From positions 2,012,974 to 2,076,973 of the forward strand of contig CBDBLV010000005.1 in assembly GCA_965207225.1 (NCBI GenBank): a stretch of DNA of 64,000 nt, in the 5' to 3' direction. The stretch comes from Dehalococcoidia bacterium. Its GTDB lineage: Bacteria; Chloroflexota; Dehalococcoidia; Plut-88900. Shown here one piece after another: positions 60,070 through 64,000 of this stretch (position 1 is the stretch's first letter; the number at the start of each line of letters is the position of its first letter). The position numbers were made by a program, and so were the translations under genes. The notes beneath the pieces are model-generated. The model was not told where the DNA came from, did not search any database, and saw only the letters and a program-made list of their open reading frames with translations.

Positions 60070-61227
60070 ATGACGACGGCAACCACGACGAGGACCAATA
60101 GGACCAAGGACACGGAAACCACGACGGATGCGGCGGCGCCCGCCGAGCGCAGGGGCAGGCCCGAGAGCGAGCTCAGGGCGGCGGCCCGCAAGCGCGGCCT
60201 CACCTTGAAGGAGCTTGCGGCCCTGATGGGCGTCAGCGCAAGCCACCTGTCCCAGGTCGGCACAGGCAAGAAGCCCTGGACCCCCAACCTGCGGGAGAAG
60301 GCGATGGCCGTGCTGGGAGAGGTCCCTGGGCAGGGGATCGTCTACCGACAGACCCGCGAGGTAGATGCAGAAAGTACCTTCATCCGGGAGCGCGCACGCG
60401 AGATAGGAATCACCATGCTGGAACTGTCCGACCGGTCGGGAGTGAGCTACGGCTACCTGACGCAGGTGGCAAGGGGACGCCGGAACATGGGACCCAAGGT
60501 GCAGGCCAGCATCGAGTCGGTCCTGAACGCTCCGGCCAGGGTCGCCCCCGCACAGTGCGCCAACCGCCAGGGTGACGTGATCGAGAGTGAGGCCAGCAGC
60601 TTCATCAGGGAGACCGCCCGCGCCCTCGGACTAACCATGAGGGAGCTGGCCGAGAAGGTCGGCGTGTCCGCCGGGTACCTCAGCCAGGTGTCCAGAGGGC
60701 ACCGTAGCATGGGGGTGAAGCTCCAGGCCAGGGTCGAGGCCATGCTTGGGGGACGGGCGAAGGTCGAGTCCGCCCAGTGTCCCAACCTCGACCAACAGGC
60801 CGTCTGGGACCGGATGAAGGAGCTCGACGTCAGCCAGAACGAGGTGGCGCGTAGGGCGGGCATCAGCTCCGGCCACCTCTCCCAGATCATGAACGGCAGA
60901 AGCACCCCGTCAGCCGTGGTCCTCAGGAAGCTGCACGGGGCGCTGTTCCGGCGGGCGGAGGACTCGGAGCGGGTGATGCCCGTGGCCTTGAAGGTGCTGG
61001 GCTGGAAGAAGGGGGAGCGCAGCGGGATGGTGGTGCACGGCGCTCGCGGCAGGGATGGCACGGCCAGGGGCGGCGCGGTCCGCGTCGGCGGGCGCGTGCC
61101 CTGGGGAGCGGAGGTGGAGTACGCCTTCCGCGCCGGGTACGACGGCGCAGGGAAGGTGTCCGTGGATCACGTGGTCGCCCCGGGCTACTCCGCACTGCTG
61201 ACACAGCCCCAGGCCGGAGCCGCGTAA
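60070..61227 (+). CDS. Protein with four XRE-type HTH domains
   Basis: Four repeats of the type LTxxELAxxxGVSxxYLSQV. Confidence 0.85.
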   Translation: MTTATTTRTNRTKDTETTTDAAAPAERRGRPESELRAAARKRGLTLKELAALMGVSASHLSQVGTGKKPWTPNLREKAMAVLGEVPGQGIVYRQTREVDAESTFIRERAREIGITMLELSDRSGVSYGYLTQVARGRRNMGPKVQASIESVLNAPARVAPAQCANRQGDVIESEASSFIRETARALGLTMRELAEKVGVSAGYLSQVSRGHRSMGVKLQARVEAMLGGRAKVESAQCPNLDQQAVWDRMKELDVSQNEVARRAGISSGHLSQIMNGRSTPSAVVLRKLHGALFRRAEDSERVMPVALKVLGWKKGERSGMVVHGARGRDGTARGGAVRVGGRVPWGAEVEYAFRAGYDGAGKVSVDHVVAPGYSALLTQPQAGAA

Positions 61228-61398
61228 GGAAGACGGCCCAGAGTGGGCCGCACACACAACGAGGCCCGCACATGCGCGGGCCTCGCATATCCAACAAGAC
61301 GCCTGGGGGGCGTTGCCGGGACCCCAGCGCTCCCACGGGGGGCCGCCCTGCGGGTTCCGACGGCGTCCTCCGGTCACCAAGCATCAGGAGGACGACAC

Positions 61399-61603
61399 CA
61401 TGAACCTCGGAGACTTCATAGACACCTATCGCAACGCCGTCGCCCAGCGGGTGATGGCGTCCTACCCGCCGCTGTACCGGCCCCCGCATCAAGTGCGGGA
61501 CAGGCTCTCGGAGAACGGCGGCGAGTTGCCCCGCCTGCTCAGGAATCCCTGGGGGCGCAGGCCGACGCCATCAGGGGCGCGGCCCTCTCCCTACAGACCC
61601 ACC
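61399..61603 (+). pseudogene. N-terminal fragment of a probable ICE helicase-type gene
   Basis: MNLGDFIDTYRNAVAQRV... with frameshift to LGAQADAIRGAALSL, then truncated; family assignment from recollection. Confidence 0.5.
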
Positions 61604-61646
61604 CGGTCAGCCGTACGCGGTGCAGTAAAAAGGCGACATGCCATGG

Positions 61647-62183
61647 TCAGCGTGATTGACGGATTCTTGCCCACATCCAGAGCGTCCCGCCGGCGCCTAC
61701 CGCCGCCAGCGTGGCCACAATCAGGCCCGTCTTCACCAGGGTGAACACGGCGGCCAGCCAGGTCAGCGGAGAAGGCTCACCGTCGTAGCTCAGGGCTAGC
61801 GCAGCGATGGTGGTATTCTCCAGCACGTCCGCAAGGGCGAGGGCCAGCGGCAGCAGGTACAGCGGCGCTCCGCCTCGAAAGAGCCGGAACAGCAGGACGG
61901 CGAACAGCAGGCCGTACGAGGCCGGAAAGAGCATGTCGACGGTGAGCGCGGTGGTCGCATAGACGACCCTTGCGCTGGCGTCGAGCCGGTCCAGGGCGTC
62001 GAAGAGGGCCGCCGCCTCTGCGGGTGTGTACCAGCCTCGACCGTCGAGCAAGTCCAGTCCTCCCAGCCGCGTCTGCCGCCAAGCGAGTCCCGCCACACAA
62101 CCGACGACGCCATTCAGGGCTGCGACCGTCATTCGCCAGGTTGCGAATCGCTCCACCATCCTGCCCATCTGCAATGCCTTCAC
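61647..62183 (-). CDS. Integral membrane protein
   Basis: DMLFPASYG, LADVLEN; about four TM. Confidence 0.75.
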   Translation of the reverse strand: MKALQMGRMVERFATWRMTVAALNGVVGCVAGLAWRQTRLGGLDLLDGRGWYTPAEAAALFDALDRLDASARVVYATTALTVDMLFPASYGLLFAVLLFRLFRGGAPLYLLPLALALADVLENTTIAALALSYDGEPSPLTWLAAVFTLVKTGLIVATLAAVGAGGTLWMWARIRQSR

Positions 62184-62707
62184 CTCCGCTAAACCGGGTG
62201 TCTCCTCAGGACCTGCCCATCACCCGCCCCACGGCCAGCGCAAGGGGGGGCCTGCGACATTGCCGCAGGCCCCCTTCCGTTCTCTTGCCGGTCCGGCCGG
62301 GCCGGACTAGTCGTCGTCCACGATCGTCATGGTTCCCACGGCGTCGGGCGGGTAGAGGGTCCCGGGCAGGAACGCCTCCACCACGAAGTACTCGTCCGGC
62401 TCCTCATCGTCGTCGTGCTCCAGCCACACACAACAGCGCCGTCTTTTCCCGGTCTCCCAGGTACACCCCGTCCGTCCATATGTAGGCGTGGCGACACTCG
62501 TCGAGGCGACTACCCCGTCATTCTTGGTACTCAGCCTCCCAACGACTCTTGCAGTCTCACGATCGCTTGCTGGATGCGGTGTATAAGGGTAGTGGCAATC
62601 CAGTCTCGGTGGCGGACATGGATTGATACGGGAACGACAACGTTGCTTCGCTGCGCCTCTTGGCAATTGCTTAATGGGTGCGCGGAGTGTGCCGACGGCG
62701 CTGCCGC

Positions 62708-64000
62708 TTAGTCGTCGTCCACTATGGTCATGATTGCCTCTCCGTCACCCAAAGTGGCTCCATCCAGCGAATACTCATCCAGAATCACGGTGAAGTACTC
62801 ATCCGGCTCATCTTTAGTGTCTTGTTCCAGGCATATCTCAAATGTTTTGCTGGTCTCTCCAGGAGCGAATACCGCAAGGTCGGTTGCGGACTTGTAATCA
62901 AGGCTGGTAGCGCGTTGGTCCGCACTGGCTAGGGGCAGGGTCAACCACCTTACCGTTACCTCTCTGCCCGATGCTGTGGAGAGGGTTACCTGAAATTCCA
63001 GCAGCCCGCCCTCCGTTTCCGACCCATCCCCAACGGACACGGTCGGCGAAGCGTCGTCGTCCGCTACGTTGACTGTGGCTGCACCGTGGGAATTGGACAG
63101 AGTGTAACCGTCGCCGGATTTCAGTGTCGCCGTAATCGACCCTTCCAAATCGTCCAGCAAGTCGTCAGTGGTGGCAATGGTGAGGGTCACGCTGCTGCCG
63201 GGGGAGACAACGACCGTCTTCGGCCCCGTGAATGCGTCATAGTCACCGATGGATTCAATGGCTACGTTTACAGAAAGGTCACCTGACGGTGCATCCGGAT
63301 GCGCCTCACTGGCGCTGATGGTGAATACGGCGTCTTCACCCTCCGTAATATCTTGACCAGCAGTAATGCTCACTACCGGCTTGGGAAGGTCGTTGTCCAG
63401 TACGTTGACCCTGGCTTCGCTTTGAGAGGCATCCACCTGGTAGTCATCGCCCGCGATCAACGTAGCCGTTACCGAGCCATCGACTTCATCGTTATCATCG
63501 TCGGTGGTGGCAATGGTGAGGGTCACGCTGCCACCGGGAGATACAGTAACCGTCTTTGACCCGGTGAACGCCACATAGTCACCGCTGGTCTCGATGGTCA
63601 CCTCTACCGAAAGGTCATCTGATGGCGCGCCGGGAGGCACCGCGCTCGCCTTGATGGTGAATACGACATCGTCGCCCTCGGTTATATCGCCATCTGCGGT
63701 AATGCTCACTACCGGCTTGGGGAAGTCGTTGTCCCTTATGGACACAGTGGCCGTCTTATCGGAGGGAGACATTTTGTACTCTTTGCCTTCCATCAGGGTC
63801 ACGGTCAGCGACCCGTCGGGCTCGTCAACATCGTCATCGGCAGTGGCAACTGAAAAACTGGTTGTGCCACTGGTAGAAACGGTCACCGTTCTTGAACCGG
63901 CGGTTGCCCCGTAATCGCCGCTGGCCCCGACCATTACGCTCACCGGCAGGTTGCCCGTTGGCTTCGGGTTGGCCTTGACAGTGAACTGGGCCGTGCCGCC
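62708..64000 (-). CDS. Calx-beta repeat protein (partial; continues past the window)
   Basis: Repeated VVSITA..ITEG...TIATTDD..DE.DGS motifs. Confidence 0.85.
   Translation of the reverse strand, partial: GGTAQFTVKANPKPTGNLPVSVMVGASGDYGATAGSRTVTVSTSGTTSFSVATADDDVDEPDGSLTVTLMEGKEYKMSPSDKTATVSIRDNDFPKPVVSITADGDITEGDDVVFTIKASAVPPGAPSDDLSVEVTIETSGDYVAFTGSKTVTVSPGGSVTLTIATTDDDNDEVDGSVTATLIAGDDYQVDASQSEARVNVLDNDLPKPVVSITAGQDITEGEDAVFTISASEAHPDAPSGDLSVNVAIESIGDYDAFTGPKTVVVSPGSSVTLTIATTDDLLDDLEGSITATLKSGDGYTLSNSHGAATVNVADDDASPTVSVGDGSETEGGLLEFQVTLSTASGREVTVRWLTLPLASADQRATSLDYKSATDLAVFAPGETSKTFEICLEQDTKDEPDEYFTVILDEYSLDGATLGDGEAIMTIVDDD

Larger units (their letters stand above)
57348..61603. mobile_element. 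Remnant C of an A-like ICE, inverted
   Basis: Homologues of A's first tra gene start, control region, regulator start, structured element and leading-region hairpin. Confidence 0.8.

Noticed and set aside
19375-61603. One large inverted ICE running from integrase B to remnant C
   Set aside because: B's matching arm at 30315-30339 closes the element at 11 kb
1-64000. CRISPR array, retron, DGR or group II intron
   Set aside because: No regular repeat-spacer array, cas gene or reverse transcriptase motif seen; the structured element lacks a domain V-like hairpin

Overview
A mobile and accessory region of a high-GC bacterium. Gene style suggests Chloroflexota (Dehalococcoidia/SAR202-like), possibly host-associated; this is an inference. 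Layout: (A) 1-19374, the right part of an integrative conjugative element (ICE) with leading-region genes, an HTH regulator, a Gram-positive-type T4SS (VirB6-like, two pilins, PrgI fusion, VirB4 split by IS21, VirD4), a Replic_Relax relaxase, HigBA and a large serine recombinase (LSR). (B) 19375-30339, an ~11 kb mobilizable element with its own LSR, a TA pair, a relaxase, a putative type II RM system and a nuclease lipoprotein. B sits in the att junction of A, and that junction cuts a herA gene. (Middle) SNF2 helicase and SIR2-HerA defence genes, a collagen-like lipoprotein, a hybrid kinase and Pro/Thr-stalk lipoproteins, one split by a 5.1 kb IS1595 transposon. (C) 57348-61603, an inverted decayed relative of A next to a second identical IS21. 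There are two strongest signals. The first is a ~480-510 nt non-coding multi-hairpin element conserved with compensatory changes between A and C. The second is att sites inside the integrase 3' ends, so the integrase C-terminus and its downstream gene switch on excision or integration. No CRISPR array, rRNA or complete tRNA was seen. All domain calls come from motif recognition by eye, not from database searches.
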